Assembly (NCBI GenBank): GCA_964016885.1
Contig: OZ024746.1
Span: forward strand, 72,478,001-72,542,000
Reading direction: 5' to 3'
DNA: 64,000 nucleotides
DNA from: Eledone cirrhosa
Taxonomy: Eukaryota
In this document: in pieces, positions 43,670 through 58,423 of the stretch
Layout: every line of letters begins with the position of its first letter
How positions within the stretch are numbered: the stretch's first letter is position 1
Translations under genes and position numbers: made by a program
The notes under the pieces: model-generated
Told to the model about the DNA's origin: nothing
What the model saw: only the letters and a program-made list of their open reading frames with translations
Database searches by the model: none

Positions 43670-43727
43670 ACACCTGAGGATGTCACCGGGTTATTACGCA
43701 ACCTGGCCACTGAAATATGCATAATGT
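43670..43727 (+). ncRNA. Degenerate type I hammerhead
   Basis: CTGAGGA..ccgggtt/aacctgg..GAAA tatgca TA, about 60 nt before (TA)n. Stems have mismatches. Confidence 0.5.
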
Positions 43728-43799
43728 TTGCAAAAATAAATAATTAAGGAATTCAACATATTTAGCCTCCTGTCATTTCACTTTATAATATATATATAT

Positions 43800-44286
43800 A
43801 TATAAGTATGTATACGTACATACATATATGCATACAGACGTACAGTAGTATGTATATATATATATATATATACATACATGCACGCATATATATATGTACG
43901 TATGGATTCACCGAACATTTATTACAATGCTCGGTGTGTTTGTAAACAAACATCCCGAATTAAGCCGTACAGTGTCTAGCAACCATCGTTGCTCATTTGT
44001 TCAACACTGACAAAGGAACGTTGTACTAGTTTCAAGCTTATTAGCTATCGTCAGCAACGTATACCTTCCTGCCAGATGGTTGAACGTCTGAAAGTATATA
44101 CTTTCCTTATGCATATTAACGGCTGAGCAGCCTAATTTGCATATCGAGTGAGTTAATCGGCCGGGGTACCGAAAACGATAAACGGAAAAAAATGAAACGA
44201 AATTTCATTTCTCACTCTTAGTACGGCTGTTACTTAAATATAAGTATGTATACGTACATACATATATGCATACAGACGTACAGTAG

Positions 44287-44290
<4 letters not shown>
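43800..44290 (-). mobile_element. Family C retrozyme-like unit, 1.1-mer (period 438)
   Basis: ~50-bp terminal direct repeat (43803 and 44241). Hammerhead at 44018-44060. No ORF. Confidence 0.8.
44018..44060 (-). ncRNA. Minimal type I hammerhead ribozyme, intact core
   Basis: Minus strand: acgttg CTGACGA t-agct-aata-agct-t GAAA ctag TA caacgt. Confidence 0.85.
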
Positions 44291-44318
<28 letters not shown>

Positions 44319-44366
44319 CTCTATTAACATCATAGCGTACGTATATAGTGCGAACTTTATTTTTTC

Positions 44367-44410
44367 TGTTTTGATAAGTCAATATCGTTGGCGAAACTTC
44401 GAAATAAACA
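44367..44410 (+). ncRNA. Type I hammerhead with U3-A8 core
   Basis: tgtt TTGATAA gtcaa-tatcg-ttggc GAAA cttcgaaa TA aaca. Base of stem III is mismatched. Confidence 0.6.
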
Positions 44411-44510
44411 TTCACCATTAATTAGAACTATTACATTGAGTCTATATACGTTATATGAATCCTTACTTCAGTGCATGCTTAGTACATTTATCATACAAAC
44501 CCATAAACCA

Positions 44511-44679
<169 letters not shown>

Positions 44680-45120
44680 TGCGTGTGCGTGTGTGTGTGC
44701 GTGTGTGTGTGTGTGTGTGTGCGTGTGTGTGTGTGTGTGTTCAGTATCACGATTTGTTGCAGTTTCTTCAGGCGTCTTATCAAAATTGTACTAAAGAGCA
44801 AGTATGTCATATTTTTAAGTAGCGGCTTCACCAAGTAACTTATGAAATTTGTAATAAAAACCATATATATATACTTTTAAATATTGCTTATATCACTTCA
44901 GTAAATGAGGATGTCGGGGAGGATAATGTATGGATAAAAGGAAAAGAGGAGGGGATTTGAGGTAGTTTAATATGCAATGAAACAAGACAGCTGAGAATAT
45001 AAAATGCGATTACAGAGGAAAATAAAATGCAATAATAAAATGAAATTAAATCCTATTAAATAGAATGCCATAAAATAGATTAAATGAAATATATATAAGA
45101 GTGTATAAATACATATATTA

Positions 45121-45300
45121 TTGGCAGTATCGGTAGAGGGTCGGGCACCATGCTTTGAAGCATAAAGTTACCTCCCTTTATGATCTGAGTTCAAATCCCG
45201 CCGAGGTTAACTTTGCCTTTCATCCTTACGGGGTCGATAAAATAAAGTACCAGTAATGCATTGGGATAATTGCTGGCCTGGTGCCAAAAGTAGAAACAAT
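45121..45300 (+). mobile_element. tRNA-derived SINE
   Basis: Same family as 2250. Confidence 0.85.
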
Positions 45301-46585
45301 TATATTAATATGCGAAAGTAATTGGAACGTGCGTTTTGGGTTTTAGAGAAAACCGTTGGGGAAATGTCATTTGTCAGAATGATAATACAATCAGCAGCAC
45401 TATATTTCTATTGCAGTTTATTCTCTTTTTATATTGACAGAATCGTTAAAAGCTTTCGACAAAATGCTACATGCTGTTCGTTCTGAGTTCTAACCCTGCC
45501 CAGGTCAACATTACCTTTCGATAAATAAAGTTCAAGTCAAGTACTGGGGTCGATTTAATTGACTTTCCCCGCTCTCCTCAAAATTGCTAGTCTTGTGCCT
45601 AACTTAGAAATCCTTATTAGTGCGTCCGAGGTTAACTTTGCCTTTCATCCTTACAGGGTCGATAAAATAAAGTACCAGTAATGCACTGGGTAATTAACTG
45701 ACCTCCTAAAAGGTTAAATCTCATGGGCGTTTTCTTGCGCTTTAAAGATAGAAGACCTAATCTTATCATGGAAAGCAACGTGAAATCAACACGCTGCCAA
45801 GTCCAGGAAACAAACCCATGACTTTATTGATTGTCGCCAGGCTTGTTAGATATCCATGATCTACATTGAAGGAGGTGTCAACCTAAGCAATGATGCTTTA
45901 TAGTGCAGTTTTGGGGTTACACATTTCTCAGTATCACTTTCTTTGCTTTGGAGCGGGTAGATCAAGTTGTAAGGATAACCAAGATCACTGGAACATCCTC
46001 CCAGCTTTCGTATCTGTTGGAAACAGCCTTAACGCTGACCATCGTAGCTTCATTTTCCCATAGGATAAACTGCTCTAACCTTTGTCTTCTTGGACTGCCC
46101 CACATGACAGCAGGGAAGTGGTTCAAACTGACCACCACAGAAGGCTTTATTCTAAAGGTGTGTTCCTAGTTTTTATCTTTCTAGGCTCATCCACAAGACG
46201 AAAGGGCAATGGTTGGCAAGGTGACCAGCGGAGATTCATTTCCTCTTAGTGTTTACTCCATTAGTCTTCGTTTTCCTGGACTCCCCCACTAGACAGCAAA
46301 AAGGTGATTTATAAGAGGCCAAGGCAAATGTAACTATTGCTTCAATATCCTTCTTGTAATGATAACTGGGGCTCACAAAGCAGCCATGTGTCGTGTGGAG
46401 GCGCAGGAAGGCCCTAGTAAGAGTCTTGTTAAGGCAGAAACTATGTACTGGCAAGGAACACATAAACTCGCCCCCTCGCCTGCTTCTCACTTCAGCACAT
46501 GTGTTAGCTAGCGGCAACCAATGATCTGTAAGCTGTAGGTTGCAAGAGGGCTGCAAGTGCTACTGTACTAAACGCATCACGTCAC

Positions 46586-46637
<52 letters not shown>

Positions 46638-46914
46638 GTGTATGTGTGTGTGTGTATGTGTGTGTGTGTGCACGCGCGCGCGTTTATGTGGGTGGTGTGT
46701 GTGTGCGTGTGCGAATGTGTGGGTGGGTTGGTGTATATATGTACATATGTATAGTACCTATGAGTTGTAGTAGCATTACACTACGCGTTCACTACTACTA
46801 TTGTTACTACCACCGTCACTATTACAACACCCACTACTGCTACCACTACACCCTCTACTATTACTACACCACCACCACCACCACTGTTACTACTACCACT
46901 ACTAGTACATCCAT

Positions 46915-46965
<51 letters not shown>

Positions 46966-47189
46966 CAGTTATTTTGTATATAGCTATAGCTGCAGTATCA
47001 TTCAGCGATATATGTGTGGGTGGTGTGTCTGTATTTGATGTATTTCTGTGTGTACGTGTTTGTGTGCGAGTGCATGTGTGTACGTGTGTGCGTGCGTATA
47101 TTTATGAATGAGTATGTGTGTGTGTGTGTTTGTGTTTGCTCGCGTATGTGTATATGTATCTATGAGCACATGTGTTTGAATATATGGGA

Positions 47190-47237
<48 letters not shown>

Positions 47238-49694
47238 CCCTCGTATCTGCAGTAAATTTACTGGAGCTTGAGTGTGTATGTTATAATGATATTGTTGTAG
47301 TAAATCATCTCTTGTGAAATGATAGATAGATAGATCCTACGTCAGTTTCGACGATGAATATTTAGTTGTTTGATCAACGGAACATCCGTTTCGTAAATTA
47401 ACATGTAAGTGCTTGAGTATTCCACAGGCACGTGGATCCTTAACATAATTCTTAGGCAATATCAACGTGATACATTATGTGAACCAAGGCTATATACCTT
47501 TAAATTACAGCTACAGTCTATCTTATATAGCAGTGTAAATGGTTGAATATTGTACATTCAAGAGGCTGAACTTGTAACCTTAAAAGTAATTAAAAGTCAG
47601 AATCAACGTGACGCTATACGTGGAAGGCTAGACCTTCGGATTAGTGACACCATCCACCCGACATGTTCCACTCAATTTCCGTCTACCCAGTTTCACTTAC
47701 ATGGCTCGGGTTGATCCGAGGCTATGTTAAATGGCCCCTGCCCAAGATGTCACGCAGTGGGAATTAACTTACGATTGCGAAGCAAACTCTTTAACCACTC
47801 AGCTATGCCTGCATACTCGTGTGATATGCTATTGATAGTAAACTTCTTGGCAGCTTCTGCTCTATGAGTTGAGATAATGCTGAGAGCTTACTCTTCAGGG
47901 AATTTGGTAAAGTCGATAGATCGTAGGACAAATTGTCTTGCAGTATATGTACTGGCTCTGTATTCTAATTTCAAAACCCACCGAGGTCAACTTTGCTTTT
48001 CATCCTTACGGCGTTGATAAAATAATATACCAGCCTAAGGCGGTGGATTAGTGGAATTGTTAAAGCGTCCGACGAGATGCCTACTGGTATCTCTTTTGAT
48101 CTGAGTTCAAATATTGCTGTGGCCTATGTCGATGGTACACTTAATCCGTCGCTTCCTTTCACACTAATTCCTAACCCTTGGTTCTTTGTGCTCAGAGTTA
48201 AAATCCCGCCGAGGTCAACTTTGCCTTTTATACTTTCGTGGGCTGATAAATGAAATATCAGTCCATTGCGTTGGGTTCGCAGAATTGATAGAGCGTCCAG
48301 AGAAATACTTTGCAATATCTCTTCTTGTTCTTTTTGTTCTGGGTTCGCCTGCGTCAACACTAGTACCAAGCTGTATCGGTCTTTGCCTTTCTCCTGGACA
48401 TTGGTGGTGTGGAGAAGGGATACTTGCAAGTATAGATGGTTGCTGATCTTTCATATATAGCTTTGCCTAAATTATTGCCTGTTCTTTAGAGAGGAACAAT
48501 CCAGATGAAAACCCATGGTCAACCATCACTGAATGTGGTCTTTAATATGCAATATTATATCCATGGACCTTTAACTCCTGATGGTGTTGTACGCGCCCCG
48601 TCGTTATATCTTGGCCATTAAACCTGGTGGAACCTATCCTTATCCTGAGCACAATCGATTTCTTCCAAGATAGAGGAATGATTGATACCAGTATTTAACT
48701 GGTACTCTATCTATCGACCTCGAAAATATGAACGGCAAAGTTGACCTCGGTGAGACTTGAACTCAGAGCGCAGCGAACGGGAATGAATACCGCAAAGCAT
48801 TCTATCCGACATTCTAATGATTCTGCCAAGCATCCGTCTTAATAAGTAGTATTTCTTTATCATAAATATTATTTTATCATCATCGCGTTCCCACAGCAAT
48901 ACACGTTCAGTAGATATTGCACATTACTACACACTTCTATTGTTGTGGGATGTGGGGACGTGGGAATACGATGAATAGTAAACATGAAAATCCAATACTT
49001 CTTCCTCTACAATCCTACATTCCTTCATTCTTACATTCCTACACTCCTACAGTCCTGCATTATATAATACAATAAAATGTTTATGGAAAATAGAAAAAAA
49101 CAAAGATATTGGAAAATCAGGCATCCTCCACCTTAACCCACTCACTACACCTCCTCCTCCACCTCTTTCTCGTCCTCCTTTTCCTCCTTCTATTCCTCCA
49201 CCACCACTACCACCAATAAAATACTAGAAAACAGAACACCTCCCGCTCCAATGTACACTCTAATGTACATTCCAGTTTTATCTCTCGCCCCTCCTCCTTT
49301 TCCTCACACTCAAACTTACACTCCAATTCCTTCTCCACCATCACCGCCATGAAAATCAACAGAAAACAACAAAATATGGCGAACGTAAATTCATAATTTG
49401 CGACCCTTTTCATAATTGTTCCTCGTTGGGCGTTTCAAAATATCATGGTGGTGGTGGTGGTGATGAACTTACACATCACATCTTGTTCGGTTCCAACACC
49501 AAACTGTCTAATCATGAAGCGATGTTGCTGTTGTTGTTGTTGTTATTAATTACAATGTTCAAATCCTGCTGAGATCTACTTTGCCTTTCATCCTTCCGTA
49601 TCAGACATGTATGGGGGGGTCGATGTAATTGACTTACTCCCCCGTCCAAATTGCTGTACTCGTAGCTGAATTAGAAATCATTATTGGGACGTGA

Positions 49695-50284
49695 GGGCGG
49701 TGGATTGGTAGTATCGGTAGAGAGTCGGACACCATGCTTTGCAGCATAGAGTTACGAGATTAGCTTTGTCTTTCATCCTTACGGGGTCAATAAAATATAG
49801 TACCAGTAACGCACTGGGTCGATTTAATCGACTTTCCCCTCCCACCAAAATTGTCAACCTTGTGTCTAAACCAAAAACCATTATTATTATGGAGAGGGCG
49901 GCAGTGGGTTGGCAATATCGGTAGAACATCGGTCAAAATGCTTTGTAGCATATAGTTACGTCCCTTTGCATTCTGAGTTCAAATCCCTCCGAGGTTAGCT
50001 TTTCCTTTCATCATTACGGGGTCAATAAAATACAGCACCAGTAACGCACTGGGTCCGATTTAATCCTCTTTCCCCTCCCACCAAAATTGTCAGCTTGTGC
50101 TAAATCAGAAACCATCGGTAGAGAGTCGGACACCATGTTTTGAAGCATAGAGTTACGGCCCTTTATGATCTGAGTTCAAATCCCACCGAGTTTAACTTTG
50201 CCTTTCTTCCTTACGGGGTCGATAAAATAAAGTACCAGTAATGCACTGGGTAATTGCTGGCCTTGTGCCAAAAGTAGAAACAAT
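49695..50284 (+). mobile_element. Tandem cluster of three SINE copies
   Basis: Repeated head/core units at about 49695, 49896 and 50115. Older copies lie on both sides. Confidence 0.8.
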
Positions 50285-50945
50285 TATTATGTAGATTGGC
50301 AGAATCTTTAAGGCGTCGAAATTTAGTTGCGGCTCATATTGTTCTGAGTTCAAATCACGCCTATGTGAAAAGTGCGTTTCATCCTTAAGGGAAGGTCGAT
50401 AAAACAAAGTAGCAGTCAAGTACTGAGGTCGACTTAATTGCTGGCCATGTACCTACATTAGAAACCATTAATACTGTTGTTGCTAATGCTGTTGCTAATG
50501 TTGTTATTGTTATTACGTTTCTGGTAATGGGATGTTTTGGGTTATGCTTTTGTTGTTTTGTTTTGTTTGTTTTTATTTCGTTTTTCCTATTCTTTTCGCC
50601 TCGTATAAATAATTCATAGTCAGCCATTTTGATTGAAAGTTTATTGTCATGTCAATTTCTGCGATTGTTTAATCAAAACGATCTTATCTGTTAAATGTAC
50701 CAATGTACAAATATAAGAAAAGAGTAGTGAGGTGGGAAGTAGTGGGTGGTTGGAATGAGGACAAAGATCTCGGTCAGTGGTTCTAGATCATTCGTTCTGG
50801 TAAATACTCTTCTGTAGTTGGAGAGGAACGTGACGAGAATGTTATTTTCGAACAGTCAGTGTGGGTGGCCGAGTCGATGGTGCAATGGCGCATCCATTAG
50901 CCATGAAAATGAGCTTAAGAGGTAGCTTTGATATAATCATTCAAT

Positions 50946-51430
50946 TTCTTCTTCTTCTTCTTCTTCTTCTTCTTCTTCTTCTTCTTCTTCTTCTTCTTCT
51001 TCTTCTTCTTCTCCCACTTATTCTTGAGAGGGTCGTAATGACAGAGCCCTCAAACACTCCTTCCAGCGGATCTTGTCAGAAACAACTGTCTCCAACTGAT
51101 CCGGCTAGATCTCCAAGCGTGACCAGCCAAGATCATGGATGTTATCCAAGCATCTTTCTCGGGGTCTACACCTGGGTCTCTTGCCGGCTGGTTTTGCCCG
51201 TAAAATCTGTCCAACGATTCTTTCCTGAGACATTTCAATTTTGAAAGGAGAAATAAGGAAAGAAGCCGATCGTTCGATCGGACCAAGGAAACAATACTTC
51301 CATTTGTCCTTCCCTTGCTGCTACTACTAGCAGGCAGAAGAAAGGAGAGGAGCCGATTGTTAAATCAGACAAAGGAAACTATGTTTCCAGTGGTCTTTCT
51401 ATTGTTGATAACATTTGCTGGTTGCAACTC
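50946..51430 (-). pseudogene. RTE-clade LINE 3' end with (AAG)n tail
   Basis: Minus-strand frame reads GKRPRCRPRERCLDNIHDLGWSRLEI*PDQLETVVSDKIRWKECL, a typical RTE C-terminus. The 5' limit is approximate. Confidence 0.7.
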
Positions 51431-52133
51431 TTGATAAAAGCCTCGTCGATTTTCCGGTAATAAAGGCGAGATTTTAAATCAAAATGCACAAAACATCCTG
51501 CCAGACCTTTTAACAATTTCGACTAACCACCGCCTCTGGATTAGCACTTTATTTATCGACCCCAAAATAAGAAAATACAAAGTTAATCTCAGCAAAATTT
51601 TAACTTAAAGGTCAGAGAGCTGGAACAAATGTTGAACTGTCCGCCGGTTCCGACGGTGAGTGTTCCAATTTTTCGATCAGCGAGCAACCGGCTCTTGAAA
51701 TTAATATGCAAGTGGTGGAGCATCCCACTGACAACTGTACCTTTAACGTAGTTCTTGGAGTAATTCAGCATGATACAGAGTATGACAGGTGGGTGCAACT
51801 CATTTTTGTTTTGTTTTTTCGGCTGAGGAGACGAGAGTAACGTGATATAAATTGGCTTGCACAAGCGGACAACGAGCCACTGGAAATCGAACTCAGGACA
51901 ATATGATCTTGAACCGAACACCTTAACCACTAAACCACGTGCCTTTATACAAGAACAAACACCACAAAATATTTCCTTTTGTCCTCCGCTCTTACAACTG
52001 CCAAATCGCCGATACAACACGAATAGGATAATCATATCCAACATGCCTTTGATCATATGTCTATTGAAGATCAAAGCTGGCATCAGGCTAAACAAAAGCA
52101 ACAACACAACTACTACTACTGCTAGTACTACTG

Positions 52134-52175
<42 letters not shown>

Positions 52176-52836
52176 CAAACAATGTTAAATTTTCTTAATG
52201 ATAACCCTGGGCAAATATACGGAGAAATCTATCAATGACGAAACAGAAGTTAGACGTCTTAACGGATGTCACTTCCTGATAATGATGGCGTGTATATGTG
52301 TATATGTCTGTGTATATGTGTATATGTCTGTGTATGTGCGTGTGTGTCCGTGTATGTGTATATATGTGTGTGTGTGCGTGTATGCATATGTGTATGTGTA
52401 TATATGTATGTACATAAGTGTGCACGTGTATGTGTAATGTGTATCTATGTATGTATGAGTGTGTGTATATGTGTGTATGCAAGTATGTGTGATTGTATAT
52501 GTGTATGTGTGTATTTGCGTGAGTACGTGTATGTGTGTGTGAGTGTGATTGTTTGTGTGTGAGTATATATTGTGTGTATGTGTATATATGTATGTACATA
52601 TGTGTGTGTCTAAGTGTGTACGTGTATTTGTAATGTGTATGTATGTATGAGTGTGTATATGTGTGTGTGTGTGTAGTGTGTATGCAAGTATGTATGAGTG
52701 TGTACGTATATGTGTGTGTGTATTTGCGTGAGTACGTGTATATGTGTGAGTATGTGTATGTGAGTGTGTGCGTGTGTATATGTGTGTATGCGAGTGTGAT
52801 ATTATGTGTGTATGTGTGAGTGAGTGTGATTGTGTG

Positions 52837-52867
<31 letters not shown>

Positions 52868-52921
52868 CTGTGTGTGTGTGAGTGTGTGAGTCTGTGTGTG
52901 TGTGTATGTATGTGTGTATGT

Positions 52922-52952
<31 letters not shown>

Positions 52953-53885
52953 AGTCTGTATGGTGTGTTATTTAATCAGTACCAACCCAGCAACCAGATA
53001 TTTTAATTTAAACAACGCAGTGTGGTAGGTCGGCAAAGTCAGTAGAGTGACGGCTGAGTCAGCAAAGTGTCAATTAAAATTATATTGCTGTATATGTTCC
53101 CGTTCTTTACATTATGTGTTCAAATCCCGCCAAAGTCAACTTTGTCTTTCATCCTTCCGGGGTCGATGAAAAGAAAATACTAGTGAAGTACTGGGGTTCA
53201 CTTAATCAATTTTGTCCTTCCCCCAAATTTGTTGTTTTTTTGTGTGCCTAAATTAGAAATACATTTAGGCATAAGGCCAACAATTTGTGGGTGGGAGGGG
53301 GATTTGATTATATCGACCGTTTTATTTGGCTGGTACTTTATTTTATCGACCCCTAAATGGATGGAAGGTAACGTTGGATGTGTGGAAAGCAGTCGGATGG
53401 ATCGTTGTACCTTAATTCATTAATTCAAAGGTCTAACCTTATCACATATTGGGTAACACTGATTTGGCTTGGGAATTAAGTTAATAGTAACACCTGCCTG
53501 TGGAATACTAGGCCGCTTACTCTGTAGAGCAAGTTGGACTATACCTGAAAGGCCCAGCCTTGTCCCAATATTGGGTCACACTAATTGAACTTCAGAATTA
53601 TGTTAACAGTATACGTGTCTGTAGAACAAGGAAGATTATATCTGTAATTCAAAGTTCTCACCCTGTTACACAGTATGTCACATGAAATCTTCCTGCGAAC
53701 TACATTAAGAGTGCACTCTTCTGTGTAATGCTCAGCCACTGCCACGTTAATTTCGTGAGCAGGCTGTTTCATGACTCAAACAACTGGAGCACTCATTGTT
53801 GGAAGCGACGAAGATCCAACACACAAGACATATATATACCAGTGCCAAACAACCAGACTGTACCTACAGCATTGTTATTAAAACG

Positions 53886-54270
53886 GGGCGGTGGATTGGC
53901 AGTATCGGTAGAGGGTCGTACGCTATGCTTTGACGCATTGAGTTACGGCCCTTGCCATTCTGAGTTCAAATCCCGCCGAGGTTAACTTTGCCTATCATCA
54001 TTACGGGGTCGATAAAATAAAGTACCAGTAATACACTGGGGTGATAGCTGGCCTTGTGCCAAAAGTAGAAACAATTATTATTAACACAGGGCGGTGGATT
54101 GGCAGTATCGGTAGAGGGTCGGACGCCATGTTTTGCAGCATAGAGTTATGGCTCTTTACGTTCTGAATTCAAATCTCAGCGAGGTTAACTTTGACTTTCA
54201 TCCTTACGGGGTCGATAAAATAAAGTACCAATAATGCACTGGGGTAATTACTGGCCTTGTGACAAAAGTT
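53886..54270 (+). mobile_element. Two tandem tRNA-derived SINEs
   Basis: GGGCGGTGGATTGGCAGTATCGGTAGAG heads at about 53886 and 54089. Confidence 0.85.
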
Positions 54271-54883
54271 TAAAAAAACATGGCAGAGTTGTTAAAGCTT
54301 CGCACAAAATGCCTTGCGATGATTGACTCGGCTCTCTGCGCTATATGAGTTCAAATCCTGCCGAGCTCAATTTTGCCGTTCATCAATTAGCGATCGATAA
54401 AATAAAGTAAGGCAAGGAATGGCGAGGGAGGTGGAAAGAGGTAAAGAATGCAAATTAGTAATTTCTCATAAAATTGTCACCTTTAGTTATTCTTTAAAAA
54501 ATTATATAACTTTTATTTTCAATGTATGAACCTTATAGTGGGATTGGGGACACTGATGAAATATATTCTCTAAAATGCAGGTGGTAATTAGTAAGGGTTG
54601 ATTAATAAGCGTTCATTAGTAATGGTTAGTTAATAAGGGTTAATTAGCAACGGTTAGTTAATCAGTATACTTATTTGTTCGAAGCTAGTGATTCATTCTG
54701 TTGATATTAGAATATCTTGACCATTGGCACTGGTTTGGTTGAGTCGTTGAGAAGTTCATTTCGATCTCACTACATGGAATCTTGGGCAAGTGTCTATATC
54801 TTTACCATAGGTTCAAGTATTGTGAAGGAAATTAGATAGATTGAAACTATGTCACGTTGATTCAGTTTCGAGAATTACGTTAA

Positions 54884-55377
54884 CTAGCAGAAAAACCACC
54901 CCTCGGGTGGTTTTCTGCTAGCATGTGTAGTGTGCATATTGATATTTTACGCAAGTATATATGTATGTAGATATGATACATCAAATAAAATCGTAATTGA
55001 CAATATACACAGAAATTGAACGAAGACTGTGTTACACTGTCTTATGTAATCAGTAACGTAATCCATGATACATTAAAAAAAAAGACGATATTATATATAA
55101 ACTGCATTAGGAGAAAATTAGTGACGGAAATATATGTATGTTTATTTAAGCGATCGCTAACCGGAAGTGTTGACATTTGAAAATTTTAAAGAAGTGAATC
55201 TTAAAATAAACAACAAAATTATTTATATTTAATCAAGAATAACGAAATTTAGTAGATAAATTATGTAGGTAATATCCATTCATTATTTATTCAAAGTAAT
55301 CCAACTTATTTTACAAACGGGGTAAAAAAATATATTCTGGACACAATCCAGCACTCCTTACTTTATTATAGTTTAGA
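54884..55377 (-). mobile_element. Non-autonomous Helitron-like element
   Basis: Minus strand A|TC...terminal hairpin CTAG|T, no TSD. Homologous to 58507-58983 and fragment 23158-23230. Confidence 0.75.
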
Positions 55378-55566
55378 TTGAACTGTGTCTGTAATTTAAG
55401 GATCCCTCCTTCTCACATATTGAGCCATAAGAATTCGGCTTGAGGAATTACGTTAATGGTACGCGTGTCTGTGGAATATTCAGTCACTTTCACATTATTT
55501 CACAAGTTGATTATTCACTTCGTCGAACAACTGATTGCTTGCTCATCGTCGAAATCGATGGATGAC

Positions 55567-55603
<37 letters not shown>

Positions 55604-57044
55604 AGTCATCGTCATCATCATCGTCTTCTTCCTTATTATCATTTAGAATTTCTTCATTGATCTAACTTTCAAGCAACCACAAAATGAATGGCAGATTGAA
55701 CAGTGCCTGAAGTCACTGTACGATAGCTGGTTCATATGTTATTTTTCATTGGACACTCCACGTCATGTGGTATTGGAAGAAAGGCGAATAGTTATTGGTG
55801 GGTTAACTCTTAAATTTCATAGGGATGAGATGGAATTATTCAAGTCATTTATTTAATATTAATATTAGATTTTTTAATTACAATTTCTCATCAACACTAA
55901 ACAACATTTTGATTCTGAAGTAAGTTGCCATCAACATCGACATCGTCATCGCCACCATCATCATCTTCAACGTGATCACCACCACCACAATCATCATCAT
56001 CATCATCATCTTCAACGTGATCACCACCACCACAATCATCATCATCATCACTGTAAGAAGAAGACTACAACAACAATCAATAGTACAGCCATAACAGTGT
56101 TGGAGAGAAGGAGAAGTTTTTGCGGCATGATTGATTTAGAGTGAAGAGATCGATCCACACATCGGCTGCTGCTGAGCCTACCTACACCCCCCACCCCACC
56201 CCCACTTTCTTCTCCCATCCAATCACCAATACTTTTCGGGACACTTCCTTCACCATATCAGCCGGTAGGTGGTGCACAACTGGCGGAATACACATGCGCA
56301 AATGAATTAATATCATCCAAAGCAAACGCTTTTAATTAGTGGTGGTGGTGGTGATGGAGGTGCTAGTGGTAGTTGTGGTGGTGGTGGTGGTGGTGGTGGT
56401 GGTGGCGATGGGGGGGGGGGGGGGGGGGGGCTATTGGATATCAATAGATAAAAGAAACATGTATACGTGTGTGTGTGTGTGTGCAGAAGGTTGCCTTCCG
56501 ACATAGCTAATGATACTGCACACAAACACACAAACATACAAACACCCACATACAGAAACACAAACTCGTGCACATGTACACACACCCAGATACACATATA
56601 CACACATTATGTATATGTGTGTGTGTTCGCGCGTACGCGTGTGTGCATATGTGTGTGTACCACGAACTTCTGTAGTTTCCGTCAACCAAATTCCACTAAC
56701 AATCCATTGATCATCCGAGACTATAGAAAATACTTGCCCAATGTGACGCGCAGCAGGACTGAACCCAAGATCCCGCGATTGATAAGAGAACTCCTTAACC
56801 ACACAGCCATGCTTGTATATTAACAATCCATTCCTTTTATACATACAAGCATAGATGCAGCACGCCATTTTTCATTCACATATATTTTTCCCTTCGCTGT
56901 GGTTCGTATTTTTTCTTTCACCTTACTGCTATCCCCTTTCTCTCTGCCCCTTCTCTATCCTTTACCTCTTGCTTTCTTCCACCCCCGCTGCTGGTCACAC
57001 ACTCTCGGCTGGCCCCTTCCTCACACTTTCACTCACTGGCATAC

Positions 57045-57323
57045 GTCATCTACAGATTAGAGTGCGACAAATGTAGCAACTTCTACGTAGGGAGTACCAC
57101 CAGACAACTTCACATTAGAATAAAAGAACACCTCAACACTAATGCTTCCTCATTTAAGAAACACCTAGTGAAATGTAAAAACATCAACAAAAACATAATA
57201 GTTAGGATAGAAGCTAAGGAAAGAAACTTTGGCAATCTTAGAATTAAAGAAGCATTAATTATAGACAAAACGCAACCACCAATCAATAATAGATTAGAAC
57301 TCAACACCCAATTTTTAACATGA
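57045..57323 (+). pseudogene. PLE GIY-YIG endonuclease fragment (not in ORF track)
   Basis: VIYRLECDKCSNFYVGSTTRQLHIRIKEH...LRIKEALIIDKTQPPINNR..stop. 3' UTR runs to (TA)n at 57622. Confidence 0.9.
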
Positions 57324-57545
57324 TAGAGCATTTTACATCTCCACGTATCCTCTCACACTCACACACACACACACATACACACTTAGACATACATGTCCAA
57401 ACCCTTTAACGGGAGACAACTCTTTATTCACTTGACCTGCCCAAACCTTCACTCTTTGACATTAGAAGTAGAATAGGACCTTATACTACTTCCGGTCAGC
57501 ACGACTTAGCAACCCACTTCGAACACTGGATTAATCCCTTTACTT

Positions 57546-57582
57546 TCCTCAGACAAAGAGATATTATCTCGAAATATCAGGA
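57546..57582 (+). ncRNA. Decayed minimal hammerhead in PLE 3' UTR
   Basis: tcct CAGACAA a gagat-att-atctc GAAA ta TC agga. Confidence 0.55.
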
Positions 57583-57635
57583 TATATGAATAAATTAAGG
57601 TAAAAGACTAATTGTCAGCGTTATATATATATACA

Positions 57636-58051
57636 CTAGCAGAAAATTTGTGAAACATAAGTAATGCATATGCAAAGTTTTTAAAACATCGGTTGGGTAC
57701 TTATCGAGTTACAGGCCCTAACGCAACCAAAATGCTTTAAGAAATCAGTTTTTCGCGGTCCCTGAGGCAAAAAAATGAGAAAATCTTTTTTCATCAAAAC
57801 GCTTTAAACGACATAAGTAATGCAAATTTTGAAGAAATCGCCTGGATTATTGTTCCGTTATGCCTCAAACAAGCCTTTAAAGCCTAAATTATGCGGTTTT
57901 TCGCCTAATGCGGTCCCTAGGGCATTGAAAATTTGAAATAATTTTTGCTCAAAACACTCACATAACCATAAGTATTACATGTGTAAAGTTTGAAAAAAAT
58001 CTGTTTAGTGGTTCTCAAGTTTTAGGGAAACGGACAGACAGACATTCTCTG

Positions 58052-58054
<3 letters not shown>
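57636..58054 (-). mobile_element. Helitron-like non-autonomous element with three ~156-bp subrepeats
   Basis: CTAG 3' end, (TGTC)n near the 5' end, CATAAGTA.T repeats at about 57656, 57812 and 57967. Confidence 0.6.
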
Positions 58055-58112
<58 letters not shown>

Positions 58113-58116
<4 letters not shown>

Positions 58117-58305
58117 AACGAGTAGGACCCCGACGGCTGAGCTCAAGCCGTTTAGACGGCTAATTCTGGACGCAGAATTAGCCGTCGAAACGGCTTGAGC
58201 TCAGCCGTCAGGGTCGTACTCGTTCCTATTACCCACTCTACTACCCTAAGTATTGAGTACTTTGGTGCGTTATGGTCCACCTGGTTCCTTACCACATTTC
58301 CTTCG

Positions 58306-58308
<3 letters not shown>
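58113..58308 (+). mobile_element. Family A remnant with fold-back
   Basis: Loop GACG at 58169-58172. (TA)n flanks. Confidence 0.9.
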
Positions 58309-58367
<59 letters not shown>

Positions 58368-58383
58368 TTATTTATTATAGTTT

Positions 58384-58423
<40 letters not shown>

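Noticed and set aside
45705-46590. Degenerate RLE-type LINE fragment or host exon (also 60290-60510)
   Set aside because: Coding-like composition, but too broken to assign a diagnostic motif by eye.
53886-53980. tRNA gene
   Set aside because: A- and B-box-like head of a multicopy SINE; no complete cloverleaf.
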